From NCBI RefSeq assembly GCF_006345805.1, contig NC_042999.1:152520001-152584000 (forward strand): 64,000 nucleotides of DNA. Reading direction: 5' to 3'. The stretch comes from Octopus sinensis. Taxonomy: Eukaryota. Of the stretch, positions 40,688-54,867 are shown piece by piece. Both the position numbers and the translations under genes were made by a program. The first letter of the stretch is position 1. Each line of letters opens with the position of its first letter. The notes beneath the pieces are model-generated. The model was not told the origin of the DNA and made no database searches. It was given only the letters and a program-made list of their open reading frames with translations.

Positions 40688-41067
40688 TGTTGTTGTTGTT
40701 GTTGGTTGGAGTAACATCAGAAGTGAAGAAAAAATATGAGACATGAAGAACGAAAAATGTCCTCACACCTTGAGGGTTTCGAAATTCCGAATTGGTTGAG
40801 TTCAATGAAAGCAGCGGGCTGTCTGAGACGCAGAGCTACCAACAGAGAGAGAGAGAGAGAAAGAGAGAGAGGAGGGAGAGGATGAGAGAGAGAAGGAGAG
40901 GAGGCGGTGAGGAGGAGAAGGGATGAGGGAGTAAGAAGAGCTGGTGAGCAGGAATGAGAGACGTTATGATGAAAAGGTGAGGTCGTGTGATGGTACAGGT
41001 TGAACATAAACCAATATGGCGAAGAGACGGCACACTGGGTTTGGCTTTGAACCTCTCAACACACACA

Positions 41068-41107
<40 letters not shown>

Positions 41108-41625
41108 TACATACACACACAAACACACACACACTCACACGCACATACACACACGTACACACAAGCATGACATCTGTCTACGGTGAAGAACTTTGATCAG
41201 TAGTTGTCAGGTTTCTTGGTCGAAATCACAGCCGGAAGCGGGTTTTACTTGACACTAACAACGTATGTGATGAAGGTGATGCTGATGCTGCTGATGATGA
41301 TGATGACTTCGACGCGACGATGACGATGACGATGACGATGATGATGATGATGATGATAAAGAAGAAGACCAGTACCAAAAGCAGCATTCCAACGACGATG
41401 GCGATGATGATACCACCAACAATAATAATAGAATAGTAGTAGTAGTATTAGTATTAGTAGTAGTAGTAGTTGTAGTAGTAGCAGCAGTAGTAGTAGTAGT
41501 GCCAACAGGATTATCCTTTGATGCTGTTGTTTGGAATGTTACAGTTCATGTTTAGCCCTAAACAAGCGACCTATAGACTTTCGATAATTAGACGTTTCCA
41601 ACCGTATCTACAACGACGCTTAGAA

Positions 41626-43240
41626 TTGGTTTCAAATTTTGGCACAAGGCCGGCAACTTCGGGGTGGGTATATAAATCGATTACATCAATCGCAGTACTA
41701 ATTTCGTACTTATTTTTATCGACCCAAAAGAGGGATGGATTTCAAAGAAGGTAAAATCGAATTTGGCAGAATTTGAACTCAAAATGCGAAGATAGACGGA
41801 CGAAATACCGATAAGGATTTCACTCCATGTGCTAACGATTCTACCAGCTTGCCGCTTTACCGACGCTTAATATTATGCTACATGATTAAGGCAGGTGAAC
41901 TGGCAGAAACATTAGCGCATCGGGCGAAATGCTTTGCGGTATTTCGTCTGCCGTTACGTTCTGAGTTCAAATTCCGCCGAGGTCGACTTTGCCTTTCATC
42001 CTTTCGGGGTCGATAAATTAAGTACCAGTTACTCACTGGGATCAATGTAATCGACTTAATCCCTTTGTCTGTCCTTTTTTGTCCACTCTATGTTTAGCCC
42101 GTTGTGGGTAGTAAAGAAATAGGTATTTCGTCTGTCATTACGTTTCGGGCCTTGTGCCTAGAGTAGAAAAGATTATACAATGTTAGTAAGGCGGCGAGCT
42201 GGTAGAAATGTTAGCACGCCGGGTGAAATGCTTAACAATATTTCATGTCATTACGTTCTGAGTTCAAATTCCGCCGAGGTCGACTTCCCTTTTATCGTTT
42301 CAGGGTCGATAAATTAAGCACCAGGTACGTACTGGGGTCGATCTAGTTGACTGACCCCCTCCCCAAAAGTTTGGGGCCTTGTGCCTAGAGTCGAAAAGAT
42401 TATATAATCTTATTAAGGTGGCAAGCTGGCAGAAACGTTAGCACGCTGGGCAAAACATTTAGCCGTATTTCGTCTGTCTCTACGTTCTGATTTCAAATTC
42501 CCCGAGGTCGACTTTCGCTTTCATCCTTTCGTGGTCTGTAAATTAAGTACCAGTTATGTACGGGGGTTGATTTAATCAACTGACCCCTCCCCCAAAATTT
42601 CGTGCCTTGTGCCTAGAGTAGAAAAGTATATCATGTCTACGTGATGAAGGCGGTGGGTTGGCAGGATCATTAGCACACCGGGCGCTACATTCTGAGTTCA
42701 AATTCTGCCGAGGTCGAAATTGCCTTTTATCATTTCGTTTTCGATAAATCACGTACCAGTTGTACAATGCGGTAGATGCAATCGACTTGCCCCTTTCCTT
42801 GTAATTGCTGGCCTTGTGCCAAAATTTGAAACCAGTATTATGTCTACGGGAGTCAAAGAAGCTCCTGTAAAATATTAGAGTATACGGTACACTGAAAATT
42901 CAAAACTAGTTTTGGCAGTTAGTGTTGGACCCTTTCGTTACAATGTAAAAATTGAGTTGAACACTCATCGGTTGACTTACCTTAAACACTGAATCTAGAT
43001 CAACGGTATAATCCGATGATAAAAGGCGGCGGGCTGGCAGAATCGTTAGCACACTGGACAAAATGCTTATAGGTATTTCGCCCGTCGCTACGTTCGGGTT
43101 CAAATTCCGCCAAGGTAGACTTTATATTTCATCGTTTCTGGGTCGATAAATTAAGTACCAAAGAAACACTGGGGTCGATGTAATCGTCTAGTCCCCACCT
43201 CATAAATTGCAGGCCTTGTACCTATGGTAAAAAGGATTTT
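41626..43240. mobile_element. Cluster of six family B SINEs: minus 41626-41858; plus 41886-42177, 42187-42405, 42414-42630, 42647-42840, 43020-43240
   Basis: Repeated head G(G/A)CGAGCTGGCAGAA and core GAGTTCAAATTCCGCCGAGGTCGAC. Confidence 0.85.
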
Positions 43241-43279
43241 TTGTTATAATCGGTTGTCACATATTTAATCAATGTTGGG

Positions 43280-43662
43280 TAAGTGATTAAGGTGCACGAC
43301 TGCAACCAGGTAGTTTCGGGTTCAGCTCCACTGCGCAACACCTTGAACTTGCATATCCTGCTATTTCCTCCGGCCGACCAATGGCCTGTGAGAGAATTTC
43401 GTCGACGAAAGCAAGGAAAGTCTGTGGAAGCCCATCCATTTGTATATGTGTATGTATGTCGTAGTATCAGATTTTGTCGTGCCCACACCGCTAGACAACC
43501 GGTGTTGGTTCTTTGACCTCCCCGTAGCTTAGTAGTTTGGTAAAAGAGGAAAGGAATAAGTATCAGGCATAAAAAAACAAGTACTGGAGTCGCCCTGTTC
43601 GATTAAACCCTTCAATAAGTTGCTCCAGTATGGCCGCAATCCAATGACAGGAACAAATAAAA
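43280..43662 (+). mobile_element. Old degenerate family A-related SINE
   Basis: Diverged matches to the body and 3' half. Confidence 0.6.
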
Positions 43663-44101
43663 TGATGATAGTATAACAATGTTCTTTTCAAATATTTACT
43701 GAATAACAATCATCCAAGGACATAGAGAGTAAACTTCTTAAGATTATGAATGCTTTATTATAAGTTTTAATTTTGATTCATAAGAAGCGGTTGTGGGTTT
43801 TGAGCACTTAACCGAGGCATTTATTTAAGTTGGTGTTTAGCAGACGCTGTCAGAGTTTAAGGACACTCAAAGAGTATCAGGGTGGATTTTAAATTCCTTT
43901 CTCGATTGGTTCTTCGAGAGAAAGTCTCTTGATATCCTTATTCCTGTGAAAGCCTTCATTTAATGTCAGAATCTTGTAGGTTTTAATATCAACGAAGCAG
44001 ATTTTTCTGTGTAGTTAAATGCAAAAGTTGGTACTAGTAATAATTCTATACATAACAGCTGCTAGAAGAGTCGGAACTTTCTATCATAAGTAATGATTCC
44101 A

Positions 44102-44482
44102 ACGGCACAATGGCTCAGTGGTTAGAGCAGCGCACTCACGGTCATAGGATCGTAGTTTCGATTCCCAGACCGAGTGTTGTGAGTGTTTATTGAATGAAAA
44201 CACCTAAAGCTCTACGAGGCTCCGGCAGGGGTGGTGACGAACCTTGTTGTGTTCTTTCACCACAACTTTCTCTCACTCTTTCTTCCTGTTTCTGTTGTAC
44301 CTGTATTTCAAAGGGCCAGCCTTGTCACACTCTGTGTCATGCTGAATCACCTCGTGAACTACGTTAAGGGAAACACGTGTCTATGGAGTGCTCAGCCACT
44401 TGCACGTTAATTTCACGAGCTGGCTGTTCCGTTGATTCGGATCAACTGGAACCCCCGTCGTCGTAAACGACGGAGTGCCACG
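44102..44482 (+). mobile_element. SINE family D (tail type 1), full length, with 10-bp TSD
   Basis: A box TGGCTCAGTGG, B box GTTTCGATTCC. AATGATTCCA occurs at 44092-44101 and 44483-44492. Confidence 0.88.
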
Positions 44483-45519
44483 AATGATTCCAGCAACCAG
44501 GAGTGAACAATATAATCAAACACCTTTTTTGTAATTAAGCCTTATTACAATATTTACATGGTGTCTTTTAACCTCTGGCAGCGCAACTTTATTAATTAAA
44601 AGCTGTTCGGAACGATTACTAATTAAAAGTTGTTTGGCAATGTCTAATTAAAAGCTGTTCGGCTCATCAGTCACTACCTATCTGTGAACTATTTAAAACG
44701 GTCTTCAAGATTTAAATCAAGGTTTATTCCGGTTCTCTCAGAAAGGTCACAATAGTTCTTCTATTGACTGAATGAGCGAGTAAACAACGCGTATATTCAG
44801 AAAAAAAAAGGTGTCAGGTACAAAATCAGCTTCTGGGAGGCCCAACTTCGTTAATGAGACCTAAGGTGAATTTTTTGAGAGATCTTTTGAAGGACAGCTG
44901 TACCGTATATGCTATCAAACACGGTATATTGTTAAAGATGCCATCAGCAATGATAAAAGTCCTTCCACGGAGCATATTGAAGAGATAACCCTTCGTCTGA
45001 TTAAACTTCTGATAGGGGAAAATGTTGGCCTGCTCACCTAGCCGCTGAGGTGTCATCGCTCAAAAGCCAAAACGATGCAAAGCTCATTGTGGCAGCATCT
45101 GCTCGCCTAGTCGATCACGTGATCACGCGATTACCCTGCGTTTTAATCAACAGCAAAAAAAGCAGCTCTACTATTGTCTTATTTCGAATCCAGTCTGGTG
45201 CTATGTTATCATCCGGAATAATGCACCTGATGATGGCAGAAGATAAAACCAACCGAAATAAGGTTTCTAGTTTTCTTTCTTTGTTTTTAGGCCATCAAAG
45301 ACAACACCAAGCTACAGCATCAATGATTACATTGATGAGTAGGTGTCTATATGGCTAAAATGTTTCATAATCAAACGATTTAATTAACAGTCGAAAAAAT
45401 TATAGTTTCTTTTGTATTTCACGACAACGTTGATTAATGGAGAGATGGGAATAGGTGGAAGATGATCCAGGAAAAGAGGCAACTGGTCTGGTGTTGTTAG
45501 GTTATGTATCGATTTGTGA

Positions 45520-45767
45520 GTCAATCTATCTATCTATCTGTCTGTCCGTCTGTCTATCAATCTATGTATTTATATATCTATCTACCTGCCTGTCTGTCTG
45601 CCTGCCTGTCTGCCCGTCTGCCTGTCTGCTGTCTGTCAATCTCTCTCTTTGTCTATCTACCTGTCTGTCTGCCCGTGCATCTACCTATTTATCTAGCTCT
45701 CTCTCTATCAATCAATCTACCTGTATGTCTGTCTATCAATCAAACAATCAATCAGTCAAACAATCAG

Positions 45768-45806
<39 letters not shown>

Positions 45807-45969
45807 GTCTATCCGTCTGTCTGTCTATTAATCTGTCTATCTATCTATCTACCTGCCTGTCTGTCTGTCCATCTGCCTGTCTGCTGTCTTCTGTCTGTCT
45901 CTCTGTCTATCCACCTGTATGTCTGTCCGTGCGTCTATCTATTTCTCTAGCTCTATCTCTCTCTCTATC

Positions 45970-46043
<74 letters not shown>

Positions 46044-46069
46044 AATCTACCTGTCTGTCTGTTTGTCTG

Positions 46070-46151
<82 letters not shown>

Positions 46152-46187
46152 ATCAATCAATCAATCAATCAATCAATAAGTCTATCC

Positions 46188-46230
<43 letters not shown>

Positions 46231-46248
46231 CATCTATCTATCTATCTC

Positions 46249-46285
<37 letters not shown>

Positions 46286-46330
46286 TCATCCATCCATCTA
46301 TCTGTCTGTCGTTCTGTCTGTCTGCTTGTG
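45520..46330. repeat. Compound (TCTA/TCTG/TCAA)n microsatellite
   Basis: Direct reading. Confidence 0.95.
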
Positions 46331-46939
46331 TGCATGTCTTTCTGTTTTTCTATCTCTGTTCCCCTCTGTCTATCTTTACATACGCGTCCATGTATTCATA
46401 CGCGCACACACACATACACCCGTACACACGCAAACTTACATATGCACACATAGACAGACACACAAATAAAACCCAACATGGCTGAAACTGAACTACAGCG
46501 CGAAGTAACTCCATAGTCTCTAGCAAGCGCGGTTGATGATTACAGAAAGTACACAGTCAATTTTAATGAATAGTACGCCGTTTTAAATAGAGTCTCCAAT
46601 TTGAATAACTAAGCTCTTTAAAAAGAGATCGAATTCTTCTTTGTTAGTTAGTGTAGCTGATTTATCGATTATTTTTTCCATCTTTCCTCCTACTTCCCCT
46701 TTCACTCCTTCATTCATCAATCTCTAATAAAGACACTATTCTTTTTATCTCTGTACAGTCTCTCCTCCCACTCATTCTCATGTTCGTTCAATGACATAGT
46801 CAGACACATTTTATCACTCCCACTCTCTCGTTCATTCAGGAACATAACCACACGCCACGCAACACTGTTATTTTCACCTATCCACCCTATCGTTTCATAA
46901 TATAGTTTCTCTGTCGCTGTCTGTGTATCTACCTGTCTT

Positions 46940-47159
46940 TCTCTCTCACACATACACATACATATATACATATATACAAATATACATACATACAAACATA
47001 TAAACATGCATGCATACATGCATTGCATACATACATACAAACATACCTACAAACATACATGCATACATGCATACATACATATATACGAACATGCATGCAT
47101 ACAAACATACATGCAAGCAAACACATGTATGCATGCATATATACATACATACATACATT

Positions 47160-47191
<32 letters not shown>

Positions 47192-47324
47192 CATACATTC
47201 ATACATACATACATACATACATACATACATACATACAAACATAAAAATCTGCACACATACATACATACAACATACATACATACATACATACATACATTCA
47301 TACATACATACATACATACATACA

Positions 47325-47358
<34 letters not shown>

Positions 47359-47700
47359 AAAAATACAAATATGCACGCATATATATATTCATGCATACAT
47401 ACATTCCTACATACATAAATACATACATACAGACATACAAATCTGCACGCATACATGCATACATGCATACATAAATATATAAAAACATACAAATCTGCAC
47501 CATATATACACATACATGCATACATACATGCATACATACATAAAAACATTACAAATCTACACGTATATATACATTCATGCATGCATGCATACCCACATAC
47601 ACATATACATACATATATACAAGCTTACAAATCTACACGTGTACATACATATATTCATACATACATACATATATATAATACATACATACATATACACATA
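46940..47700. repeat. Degenerate (ATAC)n microsatellite
   Basis: Direct reading. Confidence 0.93.
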
Positions 47701-47989
47701 CACACCCACTGTATTTCTCTGGAACTAGTGGCAAGGCTCCAAAATCTAACGATGGGCATGCGCTATTAATTCCATTTCGTCCGTCGGCAGAGCCAGCATG
47801 ACAACACGACATCACTATTCAACAGAAGCTGTGTATTTGGTTGCCATAGCTACCGTGATTGAGGATACTATAAAAACTGGTATTGTGTGTGCATGCGGGC
47901 GTGTGTGAGTGTGTGTGTGAGCGTACGTGTGTCGTGTGTGTGTGTAGGTGGAAATTTGATATACGTGTACGTATGTCTATGTATGTCTA

Positions 47990-48325
47990 TGTATGTATGC
48001 ATGCATGTATATATGTATGTATGCACACATGCATGTATGTATGCATGCATGTATATATGTATGTATGCACACATGCATGTATGTATGCATGCATGTATAT
48101 ATGTATGTATGCACACATGCATGTATGTATGCATGCATGTATATATGTATGTATGCACACATGCATGTATGCATGCATGTATATATGTATGTATGCACAC
48201 ATGCATGTATGTATGCATGCATGTATATATGTATGTATGCACACATGCATGTATGTATGCATGCATGTATATATGTATGTATGCACACATGCATGTATGT
48301 ATGCATGCATGTATATATGTATATA
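47990..48325. repeat. Minisatellite, 44-bp unit, about 7 copies
   Basis: ATGCATGTATATATGTATGTATGCACACATGCATGTATGTATGC at 48001, 48045 and 48089, continuing with variants. Confidence 0.88.
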
Positions 48326-48477
48326 TGCATAAACGCATGTGTGTATGTATGCATGCATGCATACATGCTAGTATGTAGGTATGTATGTGTGTATGTATGC
48401 ATTGTCATATATGTATGTGTGTGTGTGCATTTGTATATATTTGCTATGTGTAGCTATAGACACACAAATATATATAC

Positions 48478-48528
<51 letters not shown>

Positions 48529-48589
48529 CCTATATACCCACACACACACCATATATATAAATATGTACACGCATATGTCATGACTGTGC

Positions 48590-49390
48590 ATGTGCGCGTG
48601 TGTGTGTGTCAATACATATGTGTGTGAGCCCGTTTATGCGTATACCTGTGAATGTGTGTGTGTATGTGTGGGTGTAATTGCGTGGGCGTGTGCGTGCGTG
48701 CCTGTGTGTGTGAGTGTGTGTGTATGTGCGTGCGAGTTTTTGTGTGTGTGCGGGTGTGAGTGTGTGTGAGTGTGTGTGTGTGGATGCGTGCATGCGTGTA
48801 TGTGTGCGTGAGTATGTGTTTGTTTGTGTGTGCGTGCATGCTCGTGTATGTGTGTGCTTGTGTATGTGTGTGTGCCTGCGCGTGCGTGTGCATGTGTGCG
48901 TTCATGCGTACGTGTGTGCGTGTGCGTGTATGCATGTGTATGTATGTGTGTGCGTGTGCGTGTGTGTATGAGTGTTTATGTGTGTGCGTGTGCGTGTGTG
49001 CATGTGTGCGGGCAAGCGTACGTGTATGTGTGCGTGTGTGCATGTGTGTGTATGTGTGTGCGTGTGCGTTTGTTTATGTGTGCGTGTATGCGTACGTGTG
49101 TGTGTCCGTGTGTGTATGTGTATGTGTGTGTGTGTGTGCGTGTGTGTATGTGCATGTGTGTATGTACGTGTGTGCATGAGTGATTATGTGCGTGCGTGTG
49201 CGTGTGTGCATGTGTGCGGGCAAGCGTACGTGTGTGTGTGCGTGTGTGCATGTATGTGTATGTGTGTGCGTGTGCGTTTGTGTATGTGTGCGTGTATGCG
49301 TGCGTGTGTGCGTCCGTGTGTATATGTGTATGTGTGTGTGTGTGTGTGCGTGTGTGTGTGCGTGTGTGTATGTGTATGTGTGAGTGTGTG
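48590..49390. repeat. Degenerate (TG)n tract containing a tandem duplication of about 209 bp
   Basis: The marker GTGTGCGGGCAAGCGTACGTGT occurs near 49003 and 49212 with matching downstream variants. Confidence 0.85.
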
Positions 49391-49644
49391 TCTAGTGGAA
49401 TAGGATGCTTTTACATTGCTTTGTTGCTGGGATCGTTTCATTAATTTCTTAGCTTCCAATAACGCTTGACTGGATTTTTATAAAATTTCCTTTTTCTTTG
49501 TGATATTCATTTATTTAGAGCCTCGTTGCTGTCACTGGGTCAGCTATAGTAATTTTCATTGTTGTTGCTGTTATTGTTGTTGTTGTTGTTGTTGTTGATA
49601 GTGGTGGTGGTGGTGGCATTCTTCTTCTTATTGTCGTTGCTGTC

Positions 49645-49675
<31 letters not shown>

Positions 49676-49960
49676 TTCCCTGATGAGAAATCGATATTGA
49701 TATTGGTGATTTCGTTAAGTAGCTTTTAAGGTATAATTGTTATATTAATATCAATTAGGGGAATGCTTATAAATCTGCGATGCTAGACACATACAGACAG
49801 CGATTAAGGTTAACGGCAGCAATAGCAGCGACGACAACAGCTACAATGACACCACCGTCAGCAGAAACAAAGGGAAGATCTACCTGGTTATTGTCATCAA
49901 TAAAAATAGCAGCACCTTAAATATTTCTGAGTTTTAAAATAAAACGCATCTATATATCTG

Positions 49961-50107
<147 letters not shown>

Positions 50108-50111
50108 GTCT

Positions 50112-50475
50112 TTGACCAAGGTTACCGTGGTCTTTTTCGTAGGCTTTTCTTCCCACGGATAAACCTTACTTGCTTTCCCCTTTACACCATACATCATACC
50201 ACTGTGATACACGATCCCTATTGATCGTTTTTTTTCCTCTACCCCTTTTTTCTTCTTTTTTTTCATTTCTCTTTTCTTTTGTTCCTTTTCCTTTTTTCTT
50301 TTTTTCTTTTATTTTTTGTTCTTTTTTTCCCTTTTACGATCTCTTTTGATCGAAAACCTACGCCACCTTTTTTGTTTCTTTTTTTTTTTTTTTGCTTTTT
50401 TCATCCCCCAAAAGAAAAGCTCTACCTTGTAACTTGTCCCATCTGTGTGCAGTCCTGTGTGGCCAATAAAGAAAC
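50112..50475 (+). mobile_element. 3'-UTR copy of the Tx1-like LINE inside (TCTA/TCTG)n
   Basis: Homologous to about 34820-35120 (TTGACC.AGGTTACCGTGGTC... to AATAAAGAAAC). TCTA/TCTG arrays on both sides. Confidence 0.88.
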
Positions 50476-51797
50476 TTATCTGTCTGTCTGTCTGTATCTA
50501 TGCCTGACTGTCTCTGTCTATCTATCTATCTGTCTGTCTATCTATCTATCTATCTGACTGCATACATCCATATATTGAGTACTGTCTGTTCCGCATTTTT
50601 TCATATTCATTTTCGTATATCCTTTTAAACGTTATTTACCAAATTATATCCGTACTCAAACGCATATGCACACAGGTGCACACACGAACACACACACATA
50701 TATGTGAATAAATACATACGCACACATATATATTTATATTTTAAGTTAGTTATGTTGTGTAGTTGGTGCCTGATGTATGTTTGAGGCATTGCTCAGCGTA
50801 TGAAACTATTTAAACATGTAGAGTGTCTATTAAATACTATTTATCTCTCACTAGATGGAGTATGTTTTTGTTGATCTTACCATCACAGAACAGTACATTA
50901 TATATATATATATCACGTGATCACGTGACCGACCAGACCATCAGATGTTGTTACACATCGCTGGTCACAATGCGTTCGAATTGTTTTAGCCTTCGAATGA
51001 CGCCACCCCGCTGGCTAAGCGAGAGGACAATATATATATAATATATATATATAGGGAGATAAATAAAAATATATGCATACATACAAACATATATGTACGT
51101 ACTACATCTACATGTATATTATACATGCAATATATAAATAATTATACGGGAGTACAGGACATCACAATAAGACGTTAGAAACAGAAAAAGCCAAAAAACA
51201 AAAAAACACAGAAAACGGAAAACGAAAAAAAAATACAGGACGAGCTACACAAGGACAAAACCCCCGTCATCAGCTGTCGCTAGAGGAGTCAGGCATGTTT
51301 CGAAGGCATAACAGAACACTAATCCAATAGGCCTTCCTGCGAGAGAATTAAAATAAAATTTCAAGCAGCGGGCACAATGAGTACGAACACAAACAAGACG
51401 TAACAATAAGACTGCAAAATTAAAATACATGTAACAAAACAAAACACAAGAGGACGAACGAAAAAGCCTTTTTTCTGGCATAGACAAACAATAAAACTGC
51501 AAAAATAAAAATACATGTACAAAAAGTATAATTAGTTACAAAACGAGAAAATAACAAAATACTATACAGGAATTCAACCACACAAGGGGACGAACGAAGA
51601 AGCTTTTGCTGGCAAGGACGAAAGTGTAGTAGCAGCGCATGGAGGCAGTCTTTTAATAGTGGGGAACCACGTGTAAAGGAATTTTGTTTTATAGGCAAGG
51701 AAGAGGGAAGGAGGAGGGGGACACCGGCGAAGAGAGGGAGGAGGGGGAGGGAGAAAGATTGAATATATATTATATATGTATTTATGTATGTTTGTGC

Positions 51798-51836
<39 letters not shown>

Positions 51837-51914
51837 TGACAGTGCCCCTGCATGGCCACACCACGTGAGCTGAAACTGGTTCAGTTCAATCTAATTCATA
51901 GATTTTCATGTATA

Positions 51915-53203
51915 CGAGATGTTATCAAAAATTTCCCGGACTAATTTTGTAACGCGCCAACAGATGGCAGCACATAGTTGCATGCACAGTGAGAGCTAGA
52001 TGTGACCTTCCTGAGACATTGTACCGAGTGACGTCGCAGTATTTACTGCGCAAGTTGTGATATTTATGTTTTGTGATCACCTTTATCCTGTAGTCTGCGA
52101 TTTTGTCATAGACAAAAATTTGGAACAAAGAGTCAACGTGAATTTTTTCGTTAAACTTGGAAGGTCTGCAAAAACAGAAAATGAGCATGCTTCAGCAAGC
52201 TTACGGCGATGGAGGAAACGGGTCGTACGCAATGTTTTGATTGGCACGGGCGCTTTAATAGCGGAAGAACGTTCCTAGCAGATGATGAGCGTTCTGGAAT
52301 TCCTGCCACGAAAGTCACCCCCGGATATGGGGAGAATATTCATGTGTTTGCGCATGAGGATTGTTGGAGGGCAGTTAACGACATTGCTGATGTTGTTGGT
52401 TTGTCATATGGGTCCGTGCAGGCAACCCTAACGTCTGAATTGTACACGCGACATATCTCTGCCAAGTTTCTCTCCCTCCTGCTAACCACTGAGCAGAAAA
52501 AAATAAACCTTGCGTCGACGTGTTAAGATCTCTGTCACCGTGTCGCTGGTGACTCATCTTCATGTCGAGGATTATCACCGGTGATGAGTGTTGGGTCTAC
52601 CCTGAGACGAAGCAACAGTTGTGAAAACGGAAGAGACCTTCATCTCCCCGATCGAAAAAGGCACGACAGAACCGCCGCTCAATCAAGAGCCTGCTCATCG
52701 TTTTTTTTGTTATTTTTTCGACATCCGCGGCATTATGCATCAAGAATTCGTCCTTCAGGACCAGACCGTCAATCGAGAGTTTTGATGCGTTTGAGGGAGG
52801 ACATTTTGGGAAAGCGACCAGATCTGTGGAGAACGGAGAACTGGATTCTTCACGATGACAATGCGCTTTGTCACCGAGCATCCTTCACTCGTGAGTTTCT
52901 CACCACAAAACATGTCCTAACTACTGCACCCACTCTATTCGCCACCTCTTTCTCAAGACGAAAATTCAGCTCAAAGGTCGCCGTTTTAACATCGTTGTTG
53001 AGACCAACATTGAATTGCAGAAGGTCCTCGGCTCGCTTGTGGAAAACGACTTTCAGGCCGGACTCCAAAAGTGGCAGGAACATTGCTACCGGTATAGTGC
53101 TGCGCAAGGTGACTATTTCGAAAGTGACGGTGTTAAAACTTAAGCAAATAAGTTATTCTTTTATTAAATATAACTAGTCCGGGAACTTTTTGATACTATC
53201 TCG
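51915..53203 (+). mobile_element. Full-length mariner DNA transposon, inactive
   Basis: 29-bp TIRs at 51915-51943 and 53175-53203 (26/29 match), TA on both sides, 1289 bp. Transposase fragments EQRVNV.FFVKLG, DDERSG.P, ITGDE.WV, WILHDDNA and GDYFE. Confidence 0.93.
52108..53177 (+). pseudogene. Mariner transposase with frameshifts and stops
   Basis: The probable start codon reads ATA at 52108. Motifs are spread over several frames and the YSPDLAP region is partly lost. Confidence 0.85.
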
Positions 53204-54490
53204 TATTTGAAAATATTTGCATTAGTTTGCTACGAATTAAATCCTCTGGTTTTATATCTTCAAGGTTAATCCGATCTTTTTCTTGAACTTGACGGATTCA
53301 CTATACATACGTATATGCATACATACACGCATGCACGCAAATCTGTATGTGTGTATTTATACATACATACACACACATATATATAAATATATATGTATTT
53401 GTATATATATATATATATATATATTGTAAATATCGTTGTTTATGTAATGATCTAATTATCGTAATTTTCTATATTATTAGATATTAAATTTAAGTTTATT
53501 CTTAAGATATTACTTAGCGATATTTTTGTTGTTTGAAAGCAAGTATACGAGTTGTCTAAAGTTAGGTTTACGTATATACATGTACTAATAGTAGTTTCAA
53601 ATTTCTTATAATTAAAATTAGATAAACTTAAATAAACTTAGATATGTTTCGACCAAAGATTGGTCCAGGCCATGTCTAACTTAATAGCATAACTTAGTTA
53701 TTGTCTTTTTAAATTGATATTCGCTAGTTTATTCCCATTGATAAATATATTTATAGTATTTATAGTATTTATTCGATACTATATAACTACGAATTGATTA
53801 TTTCTATAAGTATTTTAAATAAGATTTCCGAAAGTTCGTTTAAGTTTCTTTGTATTTTTGAAATTAGCTATTTCATCTTTAAATATGAAAAATTAATTTA
53901 TTAGGTCTTTATTATATGTGCATATATATTTATTTATAGAGATTATTTTAGATCTTAATTATAATATTTATATACATTTATATATTTTCATTGATAATTT
54001 ATATATAATAGTCATTTAAAAAAAAAATTTATGTAATTAGATATAGACTATTACCGATATTAGATTATTGGTGGGTTTCTTACCTTAAAAATTAAAATTA
54101 ATATTTAACATTATCATCGATTTTGATATAATCATAATTGTTAAGTTTTAAGTTTCTAGTTTGATAATAGAGTTTATTATAAGTAAAATTATTATATTAT
54201 TTATATCTTAAAAATATTGTTTAAATATTTCTGATTATTTAAAAAATATTTCAATTAACCTGAAGATTGACTGTAACCATAACTCGAATTATTAATTGAA
54301 TTTAAATTATTGTTATTCGAATTGGTACAGCCATGAAACGATCGTAGTGTTTTACTCTTTATCTTTTATTAAACTTTTAATACTTTTGATATTTATATAA
54401 AAAATTTTTTTTTTAAATTAATAAATAAAATAATATATAAATATAAAATTATACATACACACACACACACACACACACACATATATGTAT

Positions 54491-54539
<49 letters not shown>

Positions 54540-54824
54540 ATATATATATTTAAAATTTATAAGTTTAATTATTTTGAATAATTTTTTAATTTTTAACTTT
54601 TATATTTTTAAATTAATTTTATGTATTGGCTTATGTTTTTCACTGTTTGATTTGCCTAATAGTGGTTTTATCTCTAATTTAATATAATATAATATATTTA
54701 TACTATAAAATTGGATTTAATCCTAAATCTAATTTTTCCCTGTAAGTTTGGATTTATTCCCTAATATTATTATTATTATATATATTATAATATATATATA
54801 TATATATTATATATATAATGTATG

Positions 54825-54867
<43 letters not shown>

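Noticed and set aside
44102-44180. tRNA genes at SINE heads (also about 2040-2112, 22322-22380, 56510-56582)
   Set aside because: A and B boxes are present but there is no intact cloverleaf, and the sequence continues into SINE bodies.
45520-46330. Hidden Tx1 stubs in other TCTA/AGAT arrays (also 24880-24990, 39600-40005)
   Set aside because: I looked for the AATAAAGAAAC terminal block on both strands and did not see it.
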